From Chiloscyllium plagiosum (taxonomy: Eukaryota): DNA of 22,373 nucleotides. The notes beneath the pieces were generated by a model. It searched no databases. It was not told where the DNA came from and was given only the letters and a program-made list of their open reading frames with translations. The stretch's first letter is position 1, and every line of letters begins with the position of its first letter. Position numbers and translations under genes: made by a program. The DNA lies in NCBI RefSeq assembly GCF_004010195.1, contig NC_057753.1, positions 434,536-456,908 of the forward strand. The letters are read 5' to 3'. Shown one piece after another: positions 1-10,583 of this stretch.

Positions 1-340
1 GATCCTGAGGAGTCTTTGACGGGGTAGACGTGGAGGGGATGTTTTCACTCCTGGGAGAAGCTAGAACTCGGGAGCACTGTTTAAAAATCAGGGGATTCCC
101 AGTTAAAACAGAGATAAGTTGAAATTTCTTCTCACAAGGTTATTTGGAACTCTCTTCCAGTGGAAGCAGAGTCTTGAAAAGTTTAAGGCAGAGGCAGATA
201 CATTCTTGATGAGAAAGGGTGTGGAAAGGGGAAGTGGGAAGATGGATTTGAGGTTACAATATGATCAGCTATGCCCGCATTGAAGGTCAGAGCAGGTGTG
301 AGGGACCGAATGGCCAATCCCACTTCCTTATTCGGACATG
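1..340 (+). mobile_element. Degenerate CR1-clade LINE 3' end
   Basis: Decayed ORF2 C-terminus (TGGAACTCTCTTCC = WNSLP) followed by a CR1-type 3' motif GGGACCGAATGGCC at ~302-315. Confidence 0.7.
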
Positions 341-345
341 AAGAG

Positions 346-667
346 ATTACATTACATTATTACATTACAGTACAGTGTGGAAACAGGCCCTTCGGCCCAA
401 CAAGTCCACACCGACCCGCCGAAGTGCAACCCACCCATGCCCCTACATTTACCCATTACCTAACACCAAGGGCAATTTAGCATGGCCAATTCACCTGACC
501 TGCACATCTTTGGACTGTGGGAGGAAACCGGAGCACCCGGAGGAAACCCACGCAGACACGGGGAGAATGTGCAAACTCCACACAGTCAGTCGCCTGAGGC
601 AGGAATTGAACCTGGGTCTCAGGCGCTGTGAGGCAGCAGTGCTAACCACTGTGCCACTGTGCCGCCC
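346..667 (-). mobile_element. HE1-like tRNA-derived SINE
   Basis: Minus strand reads GGGCGGCACAGTGGCACAGTGGTTAGCACTGCTGCCTCACAGCGCC...GGTTCAATTCC (A and B boxes), core TTTGCACATTCTCCCCGTGTCTGCGTGGGTTTCC, LINE-shared tail GGGCCGAAGGGCCTG and a (TAATG)n tail. Homologous to 18596-18900. Confidence 0.92.
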
Positions 668-726
668 ACAAGAGGAGCCGTTCCAACAGGCAACATTGTG
701 CCCACTGGCCGAAGGATCTCCGCGAT

Positions 727-1000
727 GATGGGGCACAGCCTGAGGATTACAGCCAGACTTTTCTGGAGTGAAAAGAGGAGAGACTTCCATACCCAGAGAG
801 TGGTTAGGCTTTGGAACTCTCTTCTACAAAGGCAAGTTCATTGGTGATCAATTCTGTGTTTTAACACTGACAGAAAGAGATTTTTGTTATCCTGAGGAAT
901 ATGGGGTAAAGTTGGGGAGAGGCGATGGTATTTTATGGAGGGAGGTAATCCCAATGGATGGTGAACAGGTTTGAAGCAGAATTCTTGGCTCTGCTAACTC
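727..1000 (+). mobile_element. Old CR1 LINE 3' fragment
   Basis: Translates GHSLRI...RRDFHTQRVVRLWNSL, the CR1 ORF2 C-terminal motif, followed by a decayed 3' UTR. Confidence 0.7.
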
Positions 1001-1669
1001 TGCGAAGGGGATAATTTGCCAGTCTGATGTGATTGTGAGCTGATTGTTCAGTGGAGAGGAGTCGTTGACACAAAGGCTGCTGATATTAAACATACACGCC
1101 CATAAGACGTCTTTGTTCCACACAAAATCTCATCATTCCCCAAAACCCAGCCTTCCGACAGTCCACTCCTGGAGGGCCGACTCCTCAGGCCGACAATCTT
1201 CAATGGCAGGGGTTGTCCCAGAGGGACTGTTGGGAGCTTTGGGCTGTGTGTTGTTAGGAACCATAGTACTGTTACACATACAACAATTCATATACACACA
1301 CACACGTAGGGAATTCAAAATTCAAAGACATTGCAGGTGCCTCTCTATCCAGAGACCAATTGTCCCAGCAGTTAACAGGCTCAAGCAAGCTTGCCCATCT
1401 CCTACTTTAAAGTGAACTTCAAAAGATTCATTGGCCTTTTTTTCAAGTGTCTGTCTTAAGACGGTAGACTCAGGAGCATCGCAAAGCATGCCAAACCTCC
1501 ACAGGATAATTACAAGGTTAATTTTAGACCGGACACTTAAACCTGCCATCTCACTTTCATCAGGAACAGATCCCAGTTTGAGACCAATCTCTGATTTAAC
1601 AGCACATTTCCAGCATTCACCGTTGTTCTTACAGTCTCGAAATCTGCTTGTAAAGGGGTTTGTGTTATC

Positions 1670-2253
1670 GAGTCAGTCGGCATGAAAACAGAGCCTTTGG
1701 TCCACCAAGTCCACGTCGACCATGTTCCCAAAGCAAACTAGTCCCATCTGCCTGAGCTAGGTCCCTATCCTTCCAAACCTTTGCTATTCACGAACTTATC
1801 CAAATGTCTTTTCAATGGACTAACTGAACCTGCATTCACCACTTGCTTTAGCAGTTCATTTCACACGTGAACCACTGTCTTGCCCTTTTCAAATCTTTTT
1901 CCTCTCACCTTAAAAATGTGCCCACTGGTTTTGAACTCCCCCACCCCTGGGAAAAGACCCTAGTTCATTCACCTTACCTATGGCCCTCATGGTTTTATAA
2001 ACCTCAATAGGGTCACCCCTCAAGCTACTACACTCCTAGAAGGCCTATTCCTTAAGCCTACAATCTTCAAGGGCAGGGGTGAAAGAAGTCCCAGCCTTTT
2101 CAGCCTACATTTTTTTTATCTGAAACCCTCCATTCTCGACAATGTCCTAGTAAATCTCTTCTGAACCCTCTCCAGTTTAATAATATCCTTCCTATAAGAG
2201 GGTGACCAGAATTGCACACAGTACTCTAGAGGAGGCCTCACCAACATCTTATA
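1670..2253 (-). mobile_element. CR1/HER1-like LINE 3' fragment
   Basis: Colinear with 14381-14780. Minus strand encodes LVRPPLEYCVQFWSP-like and GDPIEVYK motifs, with indels. Confidence 0.85.
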
Positions 2254-2529
2254 TCCTTTTAGACCCTTTCTGGGAGCTCTGACCCATGGGAGAGCGTGGT
2301 GTGGACATGTTTCTTACACACCTTAGGATTAACCCTCACGGGATTGTGCTGCCAGTGAAGAGAGGTGAGAAAGACCACAGTGCCGTTTGTTCCTCTCAGT
2401 GTGACCCTGGAGGACCACTCCCAAGGCTGAATATGTGTTCCTGCTTTGTGATCCTCCCGCCCCTCCCCCACCCCCAGACTGTCCTTCCTGAGCTCCAGCC
2501 AAGCGATGGTCAACACTTGGGTGGAAAAG

Positions 2530-2724
2530 GTAAAAACAAGGACCGCAGATGCTGGAAACCAGAGTCTGGATTCGAGTGGTGCTGGAAAAGCACAGCAGAT
2601 CAGGCAGCATCTGATGAGCAGGAAACCCTATTCCTGATGAAGGGCTTTTGCCCGAAACGTCGATTTTCCTGCTCCTCGGATGCACCCTAACCTGCTATGC
2701 TTTTCCAGCATCACTCTAATCTAG
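2530..2724 (+). mobile_element. Short palindromic non-autonomous Penelope-derived element
   Basis: Inverted arms ~2563-2625 and ~2665-2727. Flanked by the direct repeat ACTTGGGTGGAAAAG at 2515-2529 and 2725-2739. Related copy at 7648-7803. Confidence 0.8.
2630..2665 (+). ncRNA. Minimal type I hammerhead ribozyme motif (PLE-type)
   Basis: CTGATGA (2634-2640), extra A, stem II GGGC-TTTT-GCCC (2642-2653), GAAA (2654-2657), CG-TC. Palindromic ACGT replaces helix III; putative cleavage after C2661. Helix I is weak. Confidence 0.7.
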
Positions 2725-2772
2725 ACTTGGGTGGAAAAGACAGAAAATGTGTTTAAATTAAAGCTGACTCAC

Positions 2773-3475
2773 TTGAAATTTATCCAGAGTAGTCAATTGC
2801 GGGTCCAGTAATTTAAATCAGTAACATCCCTCAGCAGCAAACTTGAAGCATTGAAACGAGTGGTGGTTCGGTCAGGAACGTGTTTAGCAGCAGCGATAAC
2901 AGCGAAGGCCCAGTCGTGTGTGGACTTGCTGGTGCCTCAGCAGGTGAAGTGGCCGAACAAAGCTCTTGGCACACAGGGGGACCAGGTGAACGGACGCTCC
3001 CCGGTGTGGCTGCCCTGGCGTGTCAGCAGACCCCGTGGGCTCTTCAAGCTCTCGTCACACCGGAAAGGTCTGTCAACTGTGTGACTGTGGAGGTGGGTTT
3101 CCAGCTGGGAGGGAGAATTGAATCCCTTCCCACAATAAGAACATCTACACGGTCTCTCTCTGTGGTGCTCACGTCCTTGCATCCCTCCAGGTTGGCAGTT
3201 AGCTGAAGCCTCTTCCACGTGCACTTTTCTCCCCACTATGGACGGTGCGTTGTTCTCTTCAAGCTGTGTAATTGGTTAAAGCTCTTTCTACAGTTAGTTC
3301 ACTGGAACACTCTCACTTGGGTGCATGTCTTGGTGCTTCCTCCAGTCACACCAAAGTTTAAAATCTTCTGAAGCAGACTGACCAGGTAACATTATTCAGA
3401 GGCTGTGCTGAGCGTCTCCCAGGTCTTGACATGATGCTGTGGAATTCTGCCTGAAGATCTTCCCCTTTGAATATC
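2773..3475 (-). pseudogene. Decayed C2H2 (Kruppel-type) zinc-finger exon
   Basis: One intact finger CSYCGKGFNSPSQLETHLHSH (3143-3081), linker HTGERPF, neighbouring fingers broken by stops and frameshifts. Acceptor TTTTGTATTCTCCTTCTGCAG|G at 3476/3475; candidate donor CAA|GTGAGT at 2773/2772. Confidence 0.8.
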
Positions 3476-4000
3476 CTGCAGAAGGAGAATACAAAAAGTC
3501 ATCAGTGTCAGTCCTGGACAGAAATCAGAACAGACAATTCTCATTTCTGTGAACTTCAGCACTCCCCAAAAGCTGTAAATCCCTGCCTCTCACATACACA
3601 CATACGCTCACATCCTCCCTGGGCTGAAATGCACTGTCTCCATCACCCCTTTCCTCCCTTCCCAGTTTTCTCCCTCCCTCCGCTCTGGTCGGGTTCAGTT
3701 CTCCAGCCCCTTCTGGCAGATCAAGACAGAGGCAACGGGGGGTCAATCGTTTCCTCTCCTGGCCAGTGGGAGCCTCAAGCTCTGCCCACCCTGTTCCCTC
3801 CCCAAGGCAGCCTGTTCCCTGTAGCGCCTTGCCAGCCACTCCCAGGATGGCAGACAGAGGGTTGTCTGAGTAACTCGGCCCGTCCGTGGGGAGCAACTCC
3901 TAACACAGTTTTGGTTTGTATCCTGAGGCCCAGCCCAGCCCTGTCACTGCACCAATACCTCCCTTTGTGCCCACAATGGTCACCTGTCTCCTGGGTATTG

Positions 4001-7000
4001 AGGAAATGATAACCTAGTGGCATTTTCAAGAGACTATTAATCAAAAAACTCAGCTAATACTCTGGTTCGAATCCCACCACATGGCAGATGGTGGAATTCA
4101 AATTCAATGAAAATCTGGATTAAGAATCTACTGGTGACCATGAAATTATTGCAGATTGTTGGAAAAATCCATCTGGTTCACCGATGGCCTTCAGGGAAGG
4201 AAATCTGCCATCCTTACCTGGTCTGGCCGACAAGCAGCTCCAGAACCACAGCAATGCAGTTGACTCTCAGTTGCCCTCTGAAATGGCCTAGCAAGCCAGT
4301 CAGTTGTACCAATTCCCAGAAAGTCTCAAAGAAATGAAACAGGATGGATCACCTGACATCGACCATGGCACCAGAAAAGACAATGGCAGAAACAGTCGAC
4401 CCTGCAAAGTCCTCCTCACTAAGGTCAGGGAGCTCGTGCCAACATTGGAAAGGCTGTCTCACAGACTAGTCAGCAACAGCCTGACACAGTCATGCTCACG
4501 GAATCATACCTTACAGATAATGTCCCAGACACCACCATCATCATCCTCCGATATGGCCTGTCTCACCGGCAGCGACAGACCTAGCAGAGGAGGCGGATAC
4601 AGTGGGATACAGATGTGGGAGTAGCCCTGGAATGACTCAACATTGACTCCGCACCCCATGAAGTCTCGTGACTTCAGGTTAAACACGCCCAAGGAAGCCT
4701 CCTGCAGATTACCACGTACTGTCCTCCTTCGGCTGATAAAATGGTACTCCTCCACCTTGAACAACCCTTTAGAGGAAGCACCGAGGATGGCAAGGGCATG
4801 AAATGTACTCTAGGTGGGGAATTTCAAAGACCACCACCAAGAGTGGCTGGGCAGCAGTGCCACTGAACAAGCTGGTCAGGACCTAAAGGGCAGACTGGGT
4901 TGGCAGCAGATGGTGAGGGAGCGAACAACAGCGCAAAACCTTATCCTTACCAACCTACTGGCAGCAGATGCAACTTTTGTTTTGGCAGTATCGCTAAGAG
5001 TGACCACTGCAGAGTCCTTGTGGAGGCGAAGTTCCATCTTCACGTTGAGAATAGCCTCCATTGTGTTGTCTGGCACTATCACTGTGCTAAACGGGACAGA
5101 CTTCAAACAGATCTAGAATGAGGAAAGTTTGTCCAGCAGGCTAAGATAAAAGATAGGGAGGAGGGACTTGGGGGAGGGGCGTCGGAAATGTGATAGGTGG
5201 AAAAAGGTCAAGGTGAGGGTGATAGGACAGATTGGGGTGGGGGCGGAGAGGTCGGGAAGAAGATTGCAGGTTAGGGAGGCGGTGCTGAATTTGATGGATT
5301 TGACTGAGACAGGCTGGGGGGAGGGGAAATGAGGAAACTGGTGAAATCCGAGTTCATCCGGGATGAACCATCAAGCCAAGGGTTACCATCAAGCCAAGGG
5401 TTCAATCTTGGTTCAGTGAACAGTGCAGGAGGGCATGCCAGGAGCACCGAGGCATACCTGAAAATGAGGTAACAACCTGGTTGAAGCTACCAAACAACAT
5501 TACATGCGTGCTAAACAGAATAAGCAGCAAGTGGTTGACCGAGCTAAGCGATTCCACAACCAACGGATGAGATTGAAGCTCTGCAGTCCTTCCACATCCA
5601 GTTGTGAATGGTGGAGGACAATTAAGCAGCTCACTGGAGGAGGAGGCTTCATAAATATCCCCATCTTCAATGATGGAAGAGCCCAGCACATCAGTGCAAA
5701 AGATAAGGCTGTAGTATTCACAGCAATCTTCAGCCAGAGGTGCCAAATGGATGAACTATCTCGGTCTCCTCCAGTGGTCTTCAACGTTAAGATACCAGCC
5801 TTTAGCCAACTTGATTCACTCCACATGATACCAAGAAACAGTTGGAGACACTGCATATTGGAAAGGCTATGGGCCCTGACAACATTCCAGCAATAGTACC
5901 GAAAACTTGTGCGCCAGAACTTGCTGGTCCCCTGGTGAGCAGTTACAAAACTGGCATCTGCCCGACAATGTGGAAAATTGCTGAGGTACATCTTCTGCAT
6001 AAAAAGCAGGACAAATGCAATCCAACCAATTACTGCCCCATTAGTCCACTCTAGATCATCAGTAAACTAATGAAAGGGGTCAACAATGCAACCAAGCAGC
6101 ACCCACTCAGCAATAACCTGCTCAGTGATGTCTAGTTTGGGTTCCCCCAGGGCTACTCTGCTCCTGATCTCATCACAGCCTTGGTTCAAACATGGACAAA
6201 AGAGCTGCATTTGAGAGGGGAGGGGAGAGTGACTACCTTTGACATCAAGGCTGCATTCAGACGAGTGTGGCATCAAAGAGGCCTGAGCAAAACTAGGAGT
6301 CAATAGGTATCGGGGGCAAACTCTCTGCTGGTTGGAGTCATACATAGGAGCTAGCACATAGGAAGGTGATTGTGGTTGTTGGAGGTCAGTCATCTCAGCT
6401 CCAGGACATCACTGCAGGAGTTCCTCAGGGTAGTGTCCTAGGCCCAACCATCTTCAGCTTCTTCATCAATGACCTTTGCTCCATCATAAGGTCAGAAGTG
6501 GGGATGTTCGCCGATGACTGCACAATGTTCAGCACCATTTGCGACTCCTCAGATGCTGAAGTGGTTCATCTTCAAATGCAACACATTCTGGAAAATATCC
6601 AGGCCTGGGCTGAGAAGTGGCAAGAAACATTCGTGTGACACACATGCCAGGCAATGAATATCACTAATTGTCTCTAATTAGTTCCTCTTGACATTCAACG
6701 GTGTTACCATCACTGAATAGTCCTCATCAACTTCCTGGGGTTTACTACTGACTATATAGTCTCAACTGGACTCGTCACAACAACACAGTGGCTATAACAG
6801 CAAGTCAGAGGCTAATAATACTGCACTGCATAACTCACCTGACTATGCACAGCCTGTCCATCATCTACAAGGCACAAGTCAGGAGTGTGATGGAATACTC
6901 CCCACTTGCCTGGATGAGTGCAGCCCCAGGGACACTCAAGAAACTTGACACCATCTGGGACAAACCAGCCCCCTGTATGATTGGCACCACATCCACAAGC

Positions 7001-7375
7001 ATCCACTCCCTCCACCACCGATGCTCAGTAGCAGCAATGTGTAATTTGCAGAAATTCACCAAAGATCCTCAGACAGCACCTTCCAAACCCCCAACCCCGT
7101 CCATCTAGAAGGATATGGGAGCACCATCCCCTGCAAGTTCCCCTCCAAGCCACTCACCATCCCAACTTGGAAATATATCACCCATTCCTTCACAGTCGCT
7201 GGGTCAAAATCCTGAAATTCCCTCCCGAATGACATTGTGGATCAACCCACAGCAGGTGGACTGCAGCAGTTCAAGAAGGCAGCTCACTCCCCAACCTTCT
7301 CAATGGCAAATAGGGCTGGGCAATAAATCCTGGCCAGCAAGACACTCGCATCCCACAGATGAAATTTAAAAAAAT
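4001..7375 (+). mobile_element. Near full-length decayed CR1-group LINE (APE endonuclease + RT) with tRNA-like 5' head
   Basis: A-box-like TAACCTAGTGG (4010-4020) and B box GGTTCGAATCC (4064-4074). Endonuclease motifs DRPSRGGG and GNFKDHHQEW. RT motifs KAMGPDNIP, NYCPISP, GVPQGSVLGP, MFADD; C-terminal YKAQVRSVMEY. A-rich tail. Many stops and frameshifts. Confidence 0.88.
5116..5359 (-). mobile_element. Penelope-like element 3' fragment nested in the LINE
   Basis: Interrupts the LINE ORF. Minus strand reads MNSDFTSFLISP (resembles the PLE GIY-YIG C-terminus), then a C-rich UTR ending in CCTCATTC, similar to CCTATTC just before the HHR core at 2627-2633. Confidence 0.65.
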
Positions 7376-7377
7376 AT

Positions 7378-7647
7378 ATGAAGCAGTCTGTGACCATATG
7401 CAGCAAGACCTGGACAAAATCTCCTCTGTCTCCTCAGATATTGAAGCAGTCCGTGAACATGTACAGCAACACATGGACACCACTCAAGCTTGAGCTGGTA
7501 AGTAAGGTTTAAGCTACACAAGGGCTAAAAGTTGACACCACCAAGAAAAAAAACCATCTAAGCTCCCTCCCCTTACGTTCTATTGCATTTTGCCCATGAA
7601 TTCCCCACTGACCAGAAAGTGAACTGGATTCGCCAGCTAAATACAAT
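7378..7647 (+). mobile_element. Older fragments of the same LINE family (RT thumb region)
   Basis: GAAGCAGTC...CAGCAA..C.TGGACA occurs twice (~7380, ~7443) and is homologous to 6550-6620. Confidence 0.6.
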
Positions 7648-7803
7648 GATTAGAGTGGTGCTGGAAAAGCACAGCAGACCAGGTAGCATCCACGGAGCAG
7701 GAAAAGTCCTGATGAAGGGCTTTTGCCTGAAAGTTCAATTTTTCCTGCTCTTCGGATGCTGCCTGGCCTGCTGTGCTTTTCCAGCACCACTCTAATCTTG
7801 ACT
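7648..7803 (+). mobile_element. Palindromic Penelope-derived element with degenerate HHR core
   Basis: Perfect 30-bp inverted repeat 7648-7677/7768-7797. Core CTGATGA-A-GGGC-TTTT-GCCT-GAAA-GTTC at 7709-7736. Confidence 0.8.
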
Positions 7804-7839
7804 GCCTACTGTAAGAATAGCAAGTCTAAACACATTCCA

Positions 7840-8740
7840 GTGGTGTTCAGTATCACTGCCATCATCAACATCTCTCACCAACAACATTAGAAGATCACCA
7901 TTTGACCAGCCATATTAATATTGTGGCTACAACGTCAGGTCAGAGGCTGGGAATTCTGCTGCTCGTAACTCAACTCCTGTCACCCCAAGGCCTGGCCAAG
8001 ATCTACAAGGTACAAAGTGATGGAGTGCTCTCCAGTTTCCCGGATGGATGCAGCTCTGACAACACACAGGAATCTCCACAGTATCCCAGACAAAACTGGC
8101 CACTTGGATTGGCACCACATTCTTCCACCTTCAAAATTCCTTCACTTCACTGCCGACTCACATGGGGCAAGGGCGCGTACCGTCTACAGAATGTGGTTCA
8201 GCAGCTCACCTAGGCAACACCAAGTGGGGCTTCCAAAGCCAAGACCTCTGCACACCTAGAACACGGTTTCCCAGCTTCAGGACCCCAAGCAAGGTCAAAT
8301 CTTGGGGGCGACAATCTCCAAAGCGGCAAAGGCCAGTCACCTCCTTTTCCCCTTTCTTTCACTAAACTTCTTCCCCTTATCCTTCCTCGCCCTCACCAGC
8401 CACTGGCTTTTACACTTCTCGCTCAGGAGTTGGAACAATTTCCAGGCTTCAAAACCTGTTCCTGTGGAGGAAGAGCAATCTGAGCAATGGACACGGGGAG
8501 CAGGTACATGTGAACACCACTACTTGCGAGCTCCCCTTCCAAGCCGCACAATATCTTGATTTGGAACAATGTTCTTTCAGCATGAAAGGCCTTGGCACTA
8601 AGGCAAAGTACTTGAACTCCTTAACGGCACTGCAGCGATTCAAGGAAGCAGCCCTTCATCACTTTTCCCAAGGGAAATGAAAAATGGGCACTAAATCCTG
8701 GCCTAGCCAGTGATGCCCAAGTCCGAAGAACGAAGAGAAA
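7840..8740 (+). mobile_element. Old 3' fragment(s) of the 4001-7375 LINE family
   Basis: Homologous to 6700-7370 (GGTCAGAGGCTGGGAATTCTG, ATCTACAAGG, TTCAAGGAAGCAGC...CCTGGCCTAGCCAG tail). Confidence 0.7.
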
Positions 8741-9017
8741 GAAAATCCGACCAGCCTTTCAATATTTTAAAATATTTTCCTGAAGACATTGTAAGCAAGT
8801 TTGAAGAAAGCTAGACCTCCGCAGAGAACTTTCTCTTCCAAAGCACCGAGAATGTGCTACGGAGGGAGACATCCACTGGAGTGGGCACTCCCTCAAACAC
8901 ACAGTCGACAGTGCAAGGGAGCAGCGTGAGAAAGCAACTGCCTGCATCTCTTTTACATGCTGGCGGAGTGGGAGGGGGAGATAAAGTGTTTGGCCACAGT
9001 GGATTGGGGTTGTTTAG

Positions 9018-9080
9018 CGTGGACTCTCCCGCTCCTTGGATGCTGCCTGACCGGCTTTTCCAGCACCACACTTTTTGACT
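9018..9080 (+). mobile_element. Single right arm of the palindromic PLE-derived element
   Basis: GCTCCTTGGATGCTGCCTGACC...CTTTTCCAGCACCAC matches 7747-7790. Confidence 0.65.
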
Positions 9081-9282
9081 TGGAAATGTATCACCGTTTC
9101 TTCATTGTCGTTGGATCAAAGCCCTGTAACTTCCCGCCTAACGGCGTTGTGGGTTTCCCAACAGCACGTGGACTGCAGCAGTTCAAGAAGGCAGCTCACC
9201 ACCACCTTCTCAAGGGGCAACTAGGTGTGGGCATTAAAGGCTGGCCCAGCCAGCGATGGCCACGTTCATAAAAGAACAGAAA
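9077..9282 (+). mobile_element. LINE 3' tail fragment (4001-7375 family)
   Basis: GGACTGCAGCAGTTCAAGAAGGCAGCTCAC is shared with 7258-7287. Confidence 0.8.
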
Positions 9283-10169
9283 AGTAACCTGCCCTTCAAA
9301 CCATTGGCAATAGGTTGGTGACCTGTTTCAGGAGAATCCAGTTATGGAGACAGATGGAAACAGCTGTACACAGTTGTCTTGAGAAGAAAACTGAAGATCA
9401 GAGATGGTACAGCCATCTAAACACTGGTGGAAGTGGCTGTAGCCATGGAAGACAGCTTATTCTTTGGTTGAACGGCTGATAGCTCCGAGCAACAGGAAGG
9501 GAATAGCTCGAAACCCAAAGAATATGTGTTCGACAAACAAAGAGCAACTGACTATGAGTTCCAGTTGGTGTTTAGGATTCTCACCATTCCTCACTTCAAA
9601 TGCCGATTCAAATACCAAAGGACCAGGCACCTAATGACATTTGATTAATAACTTTTATGAATAAAAACATCGAGTGCGACCGACTCCATCCATGGCATTG
9701 ATGCCACGTCAACACCAAGACAAAGAATTCAGCAAGACTAGTTGGTTGCTTCTCTCTGCAAGTTATTAAGATATGTGCCCTAATCTTATGACACTGACTA
9801 TGAGCCCAATAGCCCAGCACATTCAGTGCAGCTCTGTCCTGCTCATTCATTGTCAAAGGGGCTGGTTTCTTGTTCTGTGGGGCGTAGGGGAAACTGTCAT
9901 CATTCACTTGCAATGTCCATTGTTGTATTTTCTTTACAACACCACACAGAAGCCTTCACCACTTGAGCCGGAGACCTTCAAACACCCCATCTCTTCCAAA
10001 CAGCGTTCCAAAAATAATGCAAAGCTCTTGCCAAACTGCCCCACCGTCCTTTATATACCCCGCTGCCAACACATTTCACCTTCACATTCAAAACAGGACA
10101 TTTGATCAGCATTGGAGAGACATTGGCTTGCAGGTGTTATGGAGTTCCAGTAATAGCGCACCTCATTTG

Positions 10170-10583
10170 GGGGGTGTGTGCGTGTGCGTGGTTGTCGCTC
10201 GGTTTTTGCGTTTATGTGTGACGATAAGTTTGCATCTGTGTTTGTCCCAGTAAGAGCACTCATTTGTCTGTGTTTGTCCTGTGTTCGTTTGCTCCAGTAT
10301 GCATGTGTGTTTATCCCTGCGTGTGTCTGTTTGCTCCTGTATCTGTGTCTGTGTTTATCCCTGTGTCTGTTTGCTCCTGTTTGCGTGCCTGTGTTTGTCC
10401 GTGTGTCCCTGTTTGCGTGCCTGTGTTTGTCCCTGTGCATGTCTGTTTGCTCCTGTATGCGTGTCTGTGTTTGTCCCTGTGCATGTCTGTTTGCTCCTGT
10501 ATGCGTGTTTGTTCCTGTGGGTGTGTGTTTGCTTCTGTATGCGTATCTGTGTTTATCCCACTGTGTTGTCTGTTTGCTCCCGT
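10170..10583. repeat. TG-rich minisatellite (~38-44-bp units), left part
   Basis: Recurrent GTCTGTTTGCTCCTGTATGCGTGTCTGTGTTT; 44-bp period between 10441 and 10485. Confidence 0.9.

Noticed and set aside
341..674. AAGAG as the SINE target-site duplication
   Set aside because: Only 5 bp and offset from the element end; could be chance.
1530..1620. Minus-strand CCTGATGAAAG possible hammerhead remnant
   Set aside because: No stem II or GAAA box follows; too degenerate to support.
2611..2626. Second CTGATGA...GAAAC hammerhead-like motif
   Set aside because: No stem II possible (only GCAG between the boxes); it is a mutated arm sequence whose partner arm implies CCGAGGAG.
4064..4074. tRNA gene (also B boxes near 14022 and 18649)
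   Set aside because: No cloverleaf; these are retroposon heads.
8790..8930. Two or three hairpins on the minus strand suggesting an H/ACA snoRNA
   Set aside because: No ANANNA hinge and the ACA lies far from the last stem. TGAGGGAGTGC looks more like a decayed SINE core.
9608..10057. Minus-strand TATATAAAGG (10057-10048) upstream of a 101-aa ORF
   Set aside because: No initiator at the proper spacing, the first good ATG gives only 6 codons, and the ORF has no recognisable homology.
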